DNA of 63,168 nt, the filler included, from Octopus bimaculoides (lineage: Eukaryota): assembly GCF_001194135.2 (NCBI RefSeq). It is 7 parts of 6 records of this genome, joined end to end, with 100 filler letters (N's around TTAATTAATTAA, not from the genome) between each part and the next. Parts side by side here need not be neighbours in the genome. Positions count along the whole stretch, not along the records: positions 60,696 to 63,168 come from NC_068983.1; 6 more parts are not named here. One strand, 5' to 3'. The notes beneath the pieces were generated by a model. That model was not told the origin of the DNA, made no database searches, and saw nothing but the letters and a program-made list of their open reading frames with translations. Positions within the stretch are counted from its first letter, which is position 1; every line of letters starts with the position of its first letter. A program made the translations under genes and the position numbers. Positions 61,898-63,168 of the stretch are shown one piece after another.

Positions 61898-62297
61898 GTT
61901 GTTGTTGTTGGCACTCCGTCGCTTACGATGTCGAGGGTTTCAGTTGATCCGATAAACGGAACAGCCTGCTCGTGAAATTAACATGCAAGTGGCTGAGCAC
62001 TCCACAGACACGTGTACCCTTAACGTAGTTCTCGGGGATATTCAGCGTGACACAGTGTGATACAGTGTGACAAGGCTGACCCTTTGAATTACAGGCACAA
62101 CAAAAACAGGAAGTAAGAGTGAGAGAAAGTTGTGGTGGAAGAGTACAGCAGGGTTCGCCACCATCCCCTGCCGGAGCCTCGTGGAGCTTTAGGTGTTTTC
62201 GCTCAATAAACACTCACAACGCCCGGTCTGGGGATCGAAACCGCAATCCTATGACCGCGAGTCCGCTGCCCTAAGCACTGGGCCATTGCGCCTCCAC
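61898..62297 (-). mobile_element. SINE family B, full length with a 12-bp TSD and (AAC)n tail
   Basis: ACTGATGAGAAT at 61886-61897 and 62298-62309. Confidence 0.95.
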
Positions 62298-62882
62298 ACT
62301 GATGAGAATAATCACAATCTAAAAGACTAGAGGAGAAGACTCTGAAATTTTAATTAATTCAAATTAATTAAACATGAACTGCAGTGAGGAATGAGCATGA
62401 TCATCTCCGATTTTATAGATATTCACATTTAAATCTGTAGCGTTCACAAATTCCCAATGTCATCGTCAACAAAACTCATCTAACGTTTTATCAACGCAGC
62501 TGTCGACATTAAACTGTAACTGGACCAATTCCAATGTCGCTAATTAGCTTTAATCAAATACAACCGATATATTTCTAGAAGATTAATTATATTCTACGCT
62601 GGAAAGAGCTATTATAGAAACGCAAGATAGAAGGAAAAACCTAAGGTATGTTTGTTTGCCATGAGCAGAGGAAACATTTAACATTTCAGGAACAGAGAAA
62701 TCTTTATTAAAGCAAAATAATATACAACATTTTTATTTCCTTCCTGTTGCTAACCCTAATTAGCTTACCATGCCAATAAGATAGATTCAGCACCAGCATC
62801 GACAAATTTACTCTTCTTTGTGAATTTATGTTTATTTGTTTCTTCAATTTAAACGTCCGTGTAAAGCTGGTAAGTCATGATA

Positions 62883-62954
<72 letters not shown>

Positions 62955-63017
62955 CACACACACATACACACACATATACACATACACACATACACACATA
63001 CACACATACATACATAC

Positions 63018-63056
<39 letters not shown>

Positions 63057-63168
63057 CATGCATACATGCATACATACATACATACATACATACATTATGT
63101 TGGACCGCTGATATCTTCAAGTTTTTTTTTTTCATTCTCTCTCTATTTATTTTCTCTTATTCCTTTCT

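Overview
AT-rich, microsatellite-dense eukaryotic DNA with many assembly gaps. The SINE families and repeat landscape look like an octopus (coleoid) genome, which is an inference. The window is almost entirely non-coding and transposon-derived. Only one host coding exon is supportable: an 84-bp phase-1/1 exon at 20944-21027 (+) that resembles the end of the Venus-flytrap domain of a GABA-B (R2-like) class C GPCR, so the window is probably giant intronic sequence. Mobile elements include decayed mariner, Tc1 and hAT DNA transposons, R4/Dong-type RLE retrotransposons arrayed in (AAT)n runs, Tx1/L1-type, RTE and CR1 LINE fragments, Penelope-like (PLE) fragments, and several tRNA-headed SINE families. 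Best observations: (1) a 327-bp tandem pair of hammerhead ribozymes whose different core lesions complement each other when the copies pair; (2) a 3.1-kb Tx1-type insertion inside a mariner, bounded by one 21-bp TSD, made of an ORF1-only unit plus an ORF2-derived unit, each with its own 5'UTR and 3' tail; (3) a SINE family sharing that Tx1 3' tail; (4) a head-to-tail array of at least six R4/Dong fragments joined by (AAT)n. No rRNA, bona fide tRNA gene or CRISPR array. Family assignments come from motif recognition by eye, without database searches, and boundaries of decayed elements are approximate.
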